Origin: Eledone cirrhosa
Lineage: Eukaryota
Reading direction: 5' to 3'
DNA: 64,000 nt
Assembly: GCA_964016885.1 (NCBI GenBank)
Contig: OZ024742.1
Span: 364,932,001-364,996,000 of the forward strand
Part shown: positions 1 to 11,720 of the stretch, in pieces
Numbering within the stretch: the stretch's first letter is position 1
Layout: the number at the start of each line of letters is the position of its first letter
Notes under the pieces: generated by a model
The model's database searches: none
The model's input: only the letters and a program-made list of their open reading frames with translations
Told to the model about the DNA's origin: nothing
Made by a program: the position numbers and the translations under genes

Positions 1-123
1 TTTAACGTTTTCGGTATGCCTGACCGATTTAACTCACTCAATATGCAAATTAGGCTGCTCAGCCGTTAATTTTCATAAGGAAAGTATATACTTTCGAACG
101 TTCAACTATCTGGCAGATGGGTA

Positions 124-168
124 AACGGTGCTGATGATAGCTAAAAAGCTTGAAACTAGTACATCGTT
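124..168 (+). ncRNA. Minimal type I hammerhead ribozyme motif
   Basis: aacggtg-CTGATGA-t agct aaa agct t-GAAAC ta GTA-catcgtt. Stem I is 7 bp (one G.U), the core is intact, stem III is the palindrome ACTAGT, and the cleavage triplet is GUA. Confidence 0.85.
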
Positions 169-530
169 CCTGTGTCAGTGTTGAACAAAAAGGTGACGTG
201 GTTGCCTTAACACCGTATGGCATAAATTCAGGCTGTTCAGTTTGTTTACAAACGAACAAAGCGACGTTATAACAAGCGCCGCTAAACTGATACGTGCATA
301 TATGTATGTGTACCTGTATGCATATGTATATATATATGTATATATATATATGTGCATGCTACTGTACGTCTGTATACATATATGTATGTACGTATACATG
401 CATACTTACATTTAAGTAAGTGCCATACTAAGAGTGAGAAATGAAATTTCGTTTTCATTTTGTTTCAATATATATATATATATATATATATATAGTGGTT
501 TGTGTGTGTGTGTATATATATATATTGGAT

Positions 531-595
<65 letters not shown>

Positions 596-1249
596 CTAAA
601 ATATCTACACAATCCACTAAATATATATTACACATGTCTGTATCGTTTCTGACTCCATATAAGTGTGTGTGGTAGATGGGGAAGATTAATGAAACGTATG
701 ACGTTATTCGCTAGAAATGTAGTGAAGTTTGGTTGTAAACATAGATAACTAGATTCTAGTACAAATGAATAGAATCTACACAACTGCCTTTCCAATTCCA
801 CGTCTGTTAATAAAACGTGATGGGAAAATCTAACAAGCTCAGGAATTGGAATTGCAGAATATAAAGCTTTCTAATCTACGACGAAATATATTTAGGTTTT
901 CAGATAATGAGGTATTAAAATCTACGAGTGTATGTGGTCCGTCTTTTAAACATTTTTTTATAGAAAGCATTTAACACTTTTCTTTGCGCAGTAACTACAT
1001 CTTTTCTATCTAAAGGGATGGTTTTTATCAGCCAATGAAACCTGATAGTTATCTATCTAAGTAGATAAAAAAAAAACATTGTTTTACCCATATATAGAGG
1101 TATTGATGTACAGTACAGCATTTCGCTTTGTAATCACATGGGTCCTTATTTCACATCCACTGCACCACATATTAAGCAAAGGTCATCTATATTCTCGGGT
1201 TGATACATTATTGGTGAATGAAATTTGTTGGATGGAAACTGTAGAAACT

Positions 1250-1313
<64 letters not shown>

Positions 1314-1610
1314 AGCTTCTACAGTTTACATCCACTACCTATATATGTGTTCACCCCTCTCATATATCCAATTGTATATATATATATATATATATATAGA
1401 TAGATAGATAGATATAGATAGATATATATATATTGGTAAACGGAATAGAAAACGCTGACAAATATTTCACAATGAAAACTAGTTTAATTAGGAATAAGTG
1501 AGAATTAGTAATATTCAGTTTAGTATTCAGTTAGTATTCAGTTTTGGTTTTAAGTTTTACCGGTTGCGCATTTCTAATGCTTTTCAAAAATAATTTTGAG
1601 ATAGAGCGTC

Positions 1611-1672
<62 letters not shown>

Positions 1673-1678
<6 letters not shown>

Positions 1679-3463
1679 GTTTGTAGTTGTAAGGCCAAGA
1701 CAATGCAGGTATGGATATAGAATATAAATGCAAAAACAAAAGATATTGTTGACAATTATTCTTTTACCTTAAATTTATTTAAATATCGTTAATTTTCGAG
1801 ATAATATCTCTTTTTCGGAGGCAAGTAAAGTGGTTAATCCAGTATTCTAATTAGCTTGCCAAGTCATGCTGACAGGAAATGGTATAGAGATTCCATTCTA
1901 TCTCTAATGTCAAAGAGTGAAGGTTAGGTAGATAAAGAGTAGTCTCCCTTTAAAAGGGATTTTGTACATGTTTGTTTAAGTGTGTTGGAGAATACGTGAA
2001 GGCGTAAGTATACTTGTGTGTGTGTGTGAGTGTGAGAAGATATGTCTATACGTAAATGTGGGGATAGATGCTCTATCACGTTAAGAGTGGTCTTTGTGTG
2101 TGTATGTGTGTGAGAGAGAATAAGTGGAGGTGTAAGCGTTTGTGTGTGTGTGCGTGTGCATGTGTGTGAGAGAGGGTGGGGTGGGGATGTAAGTGTGGGG
2201 CTATGTGCTCTATCATGTTATAAATTGGGTGTTGAGTTCTAGTCTATTATTGATTGGTGGTTGTGTTTTGTCTATAATCAGTGCTTCCTTAATTCTAAGA
2301 TTGCCGAGGTTTCTTTCCTTAGTTTCTATCCTAACTGTTATGTTTTTGTCAGTGCTTTTGCATTTAACTAGGTGTTTCTTAAATGAGGAAGCGTTAGTGT
2401 GGTGGTGTTCTTTTATTCTTATGTGGAGTGGTCTGATGATGCTACCTACGTAGAAGTTGCTGCATTTGTCGCACTCTAGTTTGTATACGACGTAAGCCTG
2501 GTGGCATAGGTCTGTGTCGTTGATGGGGCAGTTGGCTAGCCTGCAGCGCCTGTCATGTCTGGTGGAGTGTCTTTTGGTTAGCTGTCCACGTAGAGAAGGT
2601 CCTGTGTGGGCTAGTTGGATATCTAGTCCCTCTCGTCTGATAGCTCTGTGGATGGCTGTTGTTGTTTCTTCACTGAAGTGTGGGAGCTTCAGGAAGCAGG
2701 TATTAGTGCCTCGGGTATGGTGTCCTCTGTTCCTTCTGGCACGGTTCGTGGTGAACGTCGGGTATCCGTTCAGTTTGAGTACTTCCAGGAAATGTGTGGT
2801 GTGTGTGTATCTGTCTCTTGCGTCGGTGCATTTGTTCCGGATACGTGTAAGTTCGTTCCTTATGTATCCGAACTTAGCGCCAGCTGGGATGGCCTATCTG
2901 AAATGTACGAACAGGTCCCTGCTGGCGGATTTTTTTATAGAAGCAGGTGTGGATGTTGCCTTCTCTGTTACCCTGAGTTGGAAGTCCAGTAGGGATAGGG
3001 ATCCGCGGTCATCGGGGTGTTCTATGCTGAACTTTATACTGGCGTCCATGCTGGAGAACATACTCACATACACACACACGCGCGCATACTTATGCGTTCA
3101 CGTATTTTCCCACACACTTAAACATACATGTACAAAATCCCTTTTAAAGGGAGACTACTCTTTATGCACCTAACCTTCACTCTTTGATATTAGAGATAGA
3201 ATGGGATCTCTATACCATTTCCTGTCAGAATGACTTGGCAAGCTAATTAGAATACTGGATTAACCACTTTTCTTCCCTCCGGAGAAGAGATATTATCTCG
3301 AAAATTAAGGATATTTAAATAAATTTAAGGTAAAAGACTAATTGTCAACAATATCTTTTGCATTTGCATTTATATTCTATGTCCATACCTGCATTGTTTT
3401 GGCCTTACAACTACAAACGTTTATACCTCGTTACACAATGCTTCAAGTGAACTACAACTTCCT
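1673..3463 (-). mobile_element. 5'-truncated Penelope-like retroelement flanked by inverted pseudo-LTRs
   Basis: Arms of ~360 bp at 1673-2035 and 3061-3424 are reverse complements and enclose a PLE ORF remnant. Both ends abut (TA)n. Confidence 0.85.
2213..3060 (-). pseudogene. Penelope-like RT thumb plus GIY-YIG endonuclease remnant
   Basis: Minus strand reads IKFSIEHPDDRGSLSLLDF ... LKLNGYP ... CRLANCPINDTDLCHQAYVVYKLECDKCSNFYVGS..RIKEH ... LRIKEALII..QPPIN, with an internal stop at ~2894. Confidence 0.9.
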
Positions 3464-3519
<56 letters not shown>

Positions 3520-3633
3520 TAGTACGGTGAAGTACTTTGTTGGTACCAAATCAAGCACACTATGCACAGGCAAAGTGTATATGAGAGAAACAACGAGGAA
3601 GTTTCTTTTACATATGAAAAATATTTATTGCGT

Positions 3634-3732
3634 ATCGACCTGTTACGCGCATTTCGCAGAGAATTGGCTCAAGGTGACCCATAGGTGTTATAGACCAAAC
3701 TCCAGTATCGATCTGCTCCTCAAACTGGTGAT
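3634..3732 (-). ncRNA. Degenerate type I hammerhead motif
   Basis: Reverse complement reads atcaccagt-TTGAGGA-GCAGA...TCTGC-GAAAT gcgc GTA-acaggtcgat. C3 is changed to T, stem II has a long loop and stem III is near-palindromic. Confidence 0.6.
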
Positions 3733-3794
3733 GCGACAAAAGATGTTTTTTTGTCGCATCACCATTTATATATATATATATATGCGATTCTGCA

Positions 3795-3825
<31 letters not shown>

Positions 3826-3870
3826 ATTCTGCAACTTCCATCTAAAAGATACATTCACTAGCAATTTGTC

Positions 3871-3929
<59 letters not shown>

Positions 3930-5087
3930 TGTGTGTGGGTGGGATGTATGCGTGTGTGTGTGTTTATGTTGGTACCTGTGTTTCTAGCCCCATATATCAT
4001 TAAATTAGAGAAAAGAGAAATATTAAGTTTTGGGGAAAACAACATGGAAGCAAGTAATATCCATCCCCCCACGGGCCTTCAATTCTTCCTGTAGTCTTAG
4101 AGGCACTATCATGGCCTCTAAATCTGATGAGGCCCATCACTACCAAGATATGAACATAACCGATTTCTTCCAGAGACATGTAGACAGACAAATATATTTT
4201 ATTTCTGGTTATTGGGAGCAAGAAAGCTGACCATGGCGAGATTTGACATTCATTCCGTCGTACTAACGATGAGGCCAGGTAACCTCCAGATTTTCGTCTT
4301 AGAAGAGCATTAAGGGGAGGGAAGTGGAGTGTACGACACATCAGAGCAGAAGCCAGTCCAAGTTGAAATGGAATAGCGCCGGGAAAACAGGAAATGGAGC
4401 GAAGTGCATTGTGGTACAGTAACTGAGATATGACAAGATAAAAGACGGGAGGGAAAGAGTGCGTAATAGAGATATATGTAGGGCGGGGTGAACAATGTGA
4501 ACAAAAGGCAAAATTTAGTGCATAATTAGTATTGTCCTTCGATCACTTCAAATATTTGATTAACCACGGTAAATCGGTATAAAATAAATACACTAATATT
4601 TTATATATAATAGGTATAGTACAAGTGATAACTTGGCAGGAAGAATTGGTCAGGATGAGAAATTTAGATATTCGTCTTATGTATACAACCGTGTATTAAT
4701 TAATCTCCCCCTATCGAAACTCAACTCAACTTTCTTTGAAAAAGGCACAACATTCCAGGTAAAACAATTATAAGTATATGGTGCCAGCGAGTCCCATACT
4801 ACAATATTTCAATATATTAAATTATGTCACAATTTAAATTAACAAGAAACGCAATTAAAATTGTTCTCACCATAGAACCCCACCCCACACCAACACACCA
4901 AAAAATTAAATTCTAATGTAAAGACGTATCTTCATTGAAATGACATAGATGTCGGTATGACTGAGCAGTGAAGGAATTCTTAACCACGTGATTCAACGTT
5001 CACTCCTATTAGGCAGTAGCTTAATAAATGTTTTCTATAGTCGCGGGTTAATACCCGGGGAACTAAATTTCTACAAAATTCCTTTGT

Positions 5088-5122
<35 letters not shown>

Positions 5123-5159
5123 GAAAGTTATATATATATATATATATAACATTATATAA

Positions 5160-5275
5160 CTGAGTTCAAATCCCGCCGAGGTTGACTTTGCCTTTCATCC
5201 TTACGGGGTCGATAAAATAAAGTACCAGTAATGCACTGGGTAATTGCTGGCCTTGTGCCTAAAGTAGAAACAATT
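5160..5275 (+). mobile_element. SINE fragment (B-box plus conserved body)
   Basis: gagttcaaatcccgccgaggttgactttgcctttcatcc..ggggtcgataaaataaagtaccagt. Related copies lie at ~6235-6305(-), 24105-24180(-), 44975-45060(-) and 60252-60322(+). Confidence 0.7.
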
Positions 5276-5474
5276 ATATAACTTTATATATATATGACTT
5301 TAATATCACTAAGTATTATGGTTACGTAATTAAACTGCAGTATACTAAGACTCACTATTTAGCCTCAATAAGGAATAGTTAACTCTAATTCAGTATTGAG
5401 TACTTATTTTCAGGTCAATCCATACCATGGATATATATGTGTGTCTCCCTCTTGTGAGTTTATGTTTGTTTGGT

Positions 5475-5606
<132 letters not shown>

Positions 5607-8199
5607 CACACTCACACTATATATATATATATACATATATATATATGCATACTGATATGCACATATATTATCAGTGTATGTACGTATGATGTATGTTTTG
5701 TGTGTCTATATCTGTGCGTATGAATGTGTGTAGGCTTGTGAGGACGGATTAAGTGACTAATGCCAACAAATTTGAATTCATCTTCCAATACTGTTCTGCT
5801 ATGTGATGAAGGAGAAGAAAATAGAATTGTTAGCATACATAAGATCTGTTAAATGCTGAGATAATTAGAAATTTATGTGTGATAGAAAAGAATGTGTAAT
5901 TCTTTAATCCGAGTATTGAAAAGGATGTAAAAGAAACAAGATAGATTTCTGATACACGCCAGAATAAAAGAGAACATAATGAAATATTTGTTCGGTGGAG
6001 TTGTGTTGTGAAACCAGCGCTAAGATGGATAATTAACACAAAAGAACACACAAACAAAATAACTGCTGCTACTATGGAGACATGGAGTTGATGTAAATGA
6101 AAGCCTACAGTATTTAAATTGTTCAAGAATACAAAACGCAGCCATAAACACATTTGAAAAATTAATTATTTATAATATTGGCACATGACCTACATTTTAA
6201 AGGATGTTGCAATTCGTTTATATCGACCTCGGTACATGGCTAGTACTTTATTTTATCAGCCCGGGAAGGGTGAAATGCAGCGTCGACCTCAGCTGAAATT
6301 GAGCAGAGGACGTAGAAAATCCTATAAAAACAACAATAAAGTTATTTGACCCGCTACCGTTACAGCTAATATTATTGAAACAAAATATTAAAAATAGAAA
6401 ATTACGAACTCCCATCAGGAAGTGTAGAGATGAATTGTGACTGCAAACGAAATATACTCTGTAGAATGTCATAGGTTCTGACTTATTTTCTGGTTCCAAT
6501 CTCATCGACACAGCCACAAATCGTTTTTAGGCCTGTTGTCATCCAAGAACTTCAGTGAACTCGGTTTGTCGGGAGTAGTCCTCAATTGAGGAAGAAGCCC
6601 CATAGTGTAAAATGGTTGATGCAGTGTGTTTTACCGGTTTTTCCCTCGTGATGCGGCTCTCCCCATCGTGTCCACGAGGCCCAGCCTAGATGTAGTGCCT
6701 AACCAAGGGTGTGGTGTCACTCCCTTTCTAAATTCCGTGTCTTTCATTACCAAACCGCCCGAAACCGCCTCTCATTATATCAAACAAAACAACCTCGTTT
6801 ACAAGATTCACATATAAATTTTCCAACATTATCTCTCGCTAAAATTCTTTGTCTTGCTGTCTGTCAGTCTGTTCCTATGCATTCTCAAACGGCTGGACCA
6901 AATCAAATCAAACTTTACCAGGTAATAATAGTATTAGACCCCGGGCGTGTGAACATGTAATTTTTATTATTTTCATTTGGATTTTAAAAATATGACATTT
7001 TATCTAAAATGATATTTCTATAGTGAACTATAGTAAACCACCACTACCACGACGACGCGTCACAGTGTGTATGTGTCTGTGAGTGTGTTTGCGAATTTGT
7101 TGCATACACATCATCACACACAGACAATTAAACACACACACACATCTACACATACATATACATATGTGATGACAGACGGGTGTGCGTGAATGTATGTCTT
7201 AGTATATGTATGTGAGAGTGTGTGAGAGTGTATGTGAGAGTGTATGTATGCGGGAGTGTATGTGTGTCTGAGTGTATGTGAGAGTGTACGTGTGATAATT
7301 TTTATTTGGATTAAAACAATAGAAAACAACACACCTTTGTCACATTGTTTATATGAATATGTATGTATATGTGAGTGTGTGTGTGTGTGCGCGTTCAATA
7401 GGTACCTGATTAAATACATACATCTACACATACATATACATATGTAGCAACTGACCAAACATGAAGTGAAAATCTAAGCCTGTGTCTGCGTGAATATATG
7501 TCTGTCTTAGTATATGTATGTGAGAGTGTATGTCTGTGTGTGTCTGTCTTAGTATATGTATGTGAGAGTGTATGTGTGTGTCTGTCTTAGTATATGTATG
7601 TAAGAGTGTATGTGAAAATTACAAGCTTTCACCAAGTGAAATATGTATCCTGTTTTACGGAGGAGATTGGTGCTTTTTGAGGCGGTTATTTGATCTTCAG
7701 GTGCTACTGGCAAAACTATATTTAGTGTATATCTCCACATGACAGATGATTTTATTTATCTCTTTTTGTTTTCTTGTAAAACATTGACACTACATTTTCG
7801 AGAGCTATGGTTGCATTAATCACAGAATCTAGGGGATTCAACATATATATTGCTACTTAATTTACTCACATTGTGAGAAGAGAATCAGAGTATCTGTTAC
7901 CATCATGGGCCCTGAATAGAGCAGGAATTGTTATAGCCGTTACAGAGGCCGATGGCATTAATAGCCTATTATACTTCAAATAAAACACATTGAGTAATTT
8001 GAAACTAGAATTATTGTATCCGATAGTTATGAAATTCATCAAGGTTGAGCAGGGGCTGGACAATAAAACGAATTAGGGGTATTCGTATAATACTTAGTAA
8101 CATACCCATTGTTTTCATTTAATCTACATATTTAAGGTGAATGTTCATAGTCTAGACTTCTAACAGTATAAATGAAACTTTACCCTGAATCAGAAAAGT

Positions 8200-10192
8200 T
8201 TGAAAAAAGCATTCGATAGTTTGCCACACAGTTGGATTGAAAAATGTTTAGAGATTTTCAAAATATCTCCCGTTGTCAGGAGGTTTTTGTCATTCAGTAT
8301 GAAGACATGGAAAACGACACTCCTTTTGAATAGTGAAACAAAATCACTGGAAGCTGGAGAAGTTAATATTAATTGTGGAATTTTTCAGGGTGACTCTTTA
8401 TCACCGCTTTTATTCTGCATCGCACTTATACCATTAAGTAAAATGCTCAATGAAACAAAACATGGATATAAAGTGTATGACAAAACCATTAATCACCTGT
8501 TCTACATGGATGACCTGAAACTATTTGCAAAAAATGATGAACAATTGCAAGGGCTATTATCCACTGTGAAGCAGTTCAGTGATGACATTAAAATGGAGTT
8601 TGGACTAGAAAAATGCGCCAAAGCAACGTTCACCAGAGGAAAGCTGCTGAAGAGTTCAGACATTAATCTTGATCGGGGGAACGTGATAAGAGAACTTGAT
8701 CAAGAAAAAACTTACAAATATCTAGGTGTTTGTGAAGGAGACGGAATCAAGCACTCGACAATGAGGGCAAGGATAAGGAAGGAATGTTACCGCAGAGTAA
8801 GAGCAATCTTAAGAACGGAATTGAATGCAAGGAATAGGATCGATGCCATAAACCGCTTGCCATACCAGTAGTAACCTACAGTTACAATGTCATCAACTGG
8901 TCAAGCACAGAGATCCGTAGGCTCGATACAAAAATTCGAAAATTCTTAACCATGCACAGAATGCATCACCCTAAGGCAGATATAGATAGAATATATCTCT
9001 CTAGGAAAGAACGAGGACGTGGGTTAATCCAGTTAGACATTGCGTTGAAAACTGCAACAATTGGATTATCTACATATCTAAGGGAATCACATGATTGGAT
9101 GATCAAACTCGTTTTGAAACACGAAAGCATCAAAAGATCATATTCCATTACAAAAGATGCACAAAGATATAGTAATGGACTACAAATTTCAGAAGTCCCA
9201 TTTACTGCTGAAATGGAAAACAGAAAGAGCAAAGCAGGTAAAAGTAACTGCAAAGAAAGAACTGCTACAGAAACTGGCTAAGAAATGGCAAGAAAAGCCT
9301 CTGTATGGAAAATACCCAGAGCGAGCTAACAATCCTGATGTTGACAAAACTTTAACCCATCAGTGGTTGGCATCCTCTGGACTGAAATCGGAGACTGAAG
9401 GACTGATTATATCAGCACAAGATCAGTGTCTGCCAACAAAAAATTACCAAGCCAACATAATAAAAATGGGTGCAGCCCATTATGCCGTGTATGCAAAAAA
9501 CAACCAGAGACCATTGACCATATAATTTCAATGGGCAGTCCTATAGCTCCAACTGAATACCTAAACAGGCATGACAGAGCTGCACAATACATACATTGGA
9601 TAATGTGTAAGCATTTTGACCTGCCCCATCAAAAGAATTGGTGGGAGCATCAACCACCTCCCATACTTGAAAAAGATCACATCTCAATCTTGTGGAACTT
9701 TAGCATCCAAACAGACCGAAAAATAGATGCAAACAGACCTGATATAATATTGAAAGACTTTCAAAAGAGGGTATGCCTGCTAATTGATATGTCTGTTCCA
9801 ATAGACAAGAATGTATCTATAAAAACATTTGAAAAATTGAGCAAGTATAACGACCTGGAGATAGAAATAGGAAAAATGTGGAAATTGAGAACTAAAACAA
9901 TACCAGTGGTTGTAGGTGCTCTGGGAATGATACCTAAGGGGGCTAATGATTACTTATCGCAAATCCCAGGAAACCCGCGTATAGGAGAAATACAAAAGAT
10001 AGTACTAATGGGAACTGCCCATATACTAAGGAAGATTCTGTCAATATAAGTACATCACAAGTCTAAATACTAAAGATGCATGTGTGAATATGTATGTTCT
10101 TTCTTGAACATGGCGGACCTTGTTGTCTCTTGAGGTCACTGGTTGTGACTTGGTGATAACTCGTATGAACATAAAGCAAGTTAAATGCAACT

Positions 10193-10230
<38 letters not shown>
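8200..10230 (+). mobile_element. R4/Dong-type non-LTR retrotransposon, 5'-truncated and frameshifted (family A)
   Basis: RT motifs KKAFDS, GIFQGDSLSP and YMDD, then a C-x2-C/H zinc knuckle, RHD and a REL endonuclease (RPD..D..E..KY.DL). Ends in (TAA)n. Confidence 0.92.
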
Positions 10231-10231
<1 letters not shown>

Positions 10232-11587
10232 GGGAAGAAGACGCACATGGTGGATGGAAGGTCGTGAAATCGCTCCCGTAAGTTTTGATTTTTAACATAT
10301 CTGAATCAATTGTGAAATAACAAATTCTTAGTACAAATGATACATAAGGCATCCGACTTGAGTCTCAGAAAAATTCGGATCCATAATATATTGTTATATC
10401 GCTCAAATATTCAATTTTGTATTATACATTTTATATTCAAAAAAGAAAATGGTTATAAATGGAAGAAAACCCCCTCTGTCTACACTATATAGAACAGCCA
10501 AATAACAGCAATTTCACCAACACCAGAAACTAGATACACCACCTACCCCATCACCCCTCTGTGTACACTAAATACAACAGCCAGATAACGGCAATTTCAC
10601 CACCACCACCACCAATCTCAGCATAATAATAATAATTACTATTATTATTGTCTCAAGTTTTCACAAAATGTTTAATTCCAATATTAAGATAATATGTCAA
10701 CATATATACGCGACTAACCCCATAGATTCATCGATCAAACAAAAATACAGTCTATTCAACAAAACTCAGTAACGACAACGCCATCACTACAGTCACCGCC
10801 GCCGCCACCCATTCGATCATTATTACCACTATCCCATCACCGCCGCCACCACTCCTTCAATGCTACCACCGCTATCCCCCCATTACCTTCTGTTAACTTA
10901 CGAAAGGGGAAGGTGGCGGTATCACTAGACAATATTAATAAACAAGATTAATATTTAATTTTGGACCGGGAATGTTAGAGTCGAAAAGCAGTAAAATGGC
11001 AAAATGACTAAATAACTAAAGATAACTTCACCACCAACACCACCACCACTGCCACGATGAAAACTCTGGTCAAGTCGACTCAACCGCTATTTCTAATCCA
11101 ACTTCAACACCATCACTACAGTACTACAATAACATCACCACCACCACTGCCTCACTATCGCTACCGCCGTTATTCTCTCCCACTACCTCCTGCTAGTTGC
11201 TGCTAGCACAGCACCGCCACCGCCACCACCACCACCACCACTGCATCATTATCACTACCGCCGCTATTCTCTCCCGCTTCCCCCTGCTACATCGTAGTGT
11301 CCCCACTAAAAGAGGAAGGCATCAAAATATATAAATAGACTGAATTGATGACCCGGTCAAAATCAAAAAACCAAAAGTCAAAATCAAAGCAGCACAGCAA
11401 CAACGAAAAAACGTAAAGAAAAGAAAAATTAAGAGAAAAACAAACAGACGGACAGAGAATGGAAGGGAAAAACTAAGTCAGACATTCAAACATTACATTA
11501 CAATGAAACTTATGCTTATTCATTTTTTGGGGGGGGTTTTGCCTGTTTGTTTGTTTGTTCATTTATGTTCGTCTACAGCGTGATAAT

Positions 11588-11720
11588 GAACACAAAAATC
11601 ACCGGGAGTGACGAAATCACCGGAGGTGATGAGGTCACCGGTGGTTATGTAACCATACATTCGCCAATCCTCGATAAGAGTGTTTAAATGTCGAACCTAA
11701 ACAGTTCGAATAACGGTGAA
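11588..11720 (+). ncRNA. Putative HDV-like ribozyme at the LINE 5' end (degenerate)
   Basis: P1 GAACAC/GTGTTT, P2 TTCGCC/GGTGAA, L3-like TCCTCG and P4 TCGAAC/GTTCGA occur in HDV order, with ATG directly after at 11721. P3 and the catalytic C are not intact. Confidence 0.5.

Noticed and set aside
2514-3173. 219-aa plus-strand ORF
   Set aside because: It is the antisense shadow of the Penelope ORF on the minus strand.
4070-4140. gtc-ttagaggc..gcctctaa-at-CTGATGA-ggccc, a possible type II/III hammerhead
   Set aside because: No GAAA is correctly placed and there are two extra nucleotides before the core. At best it is a decayed remnant.
10740-11300. CAC/CCG-rich region as a coding exon
   Set aside because: It consists of degenerate (CAC)n low-complexity sequence with a short local duplication, and there is no supporting ORF.
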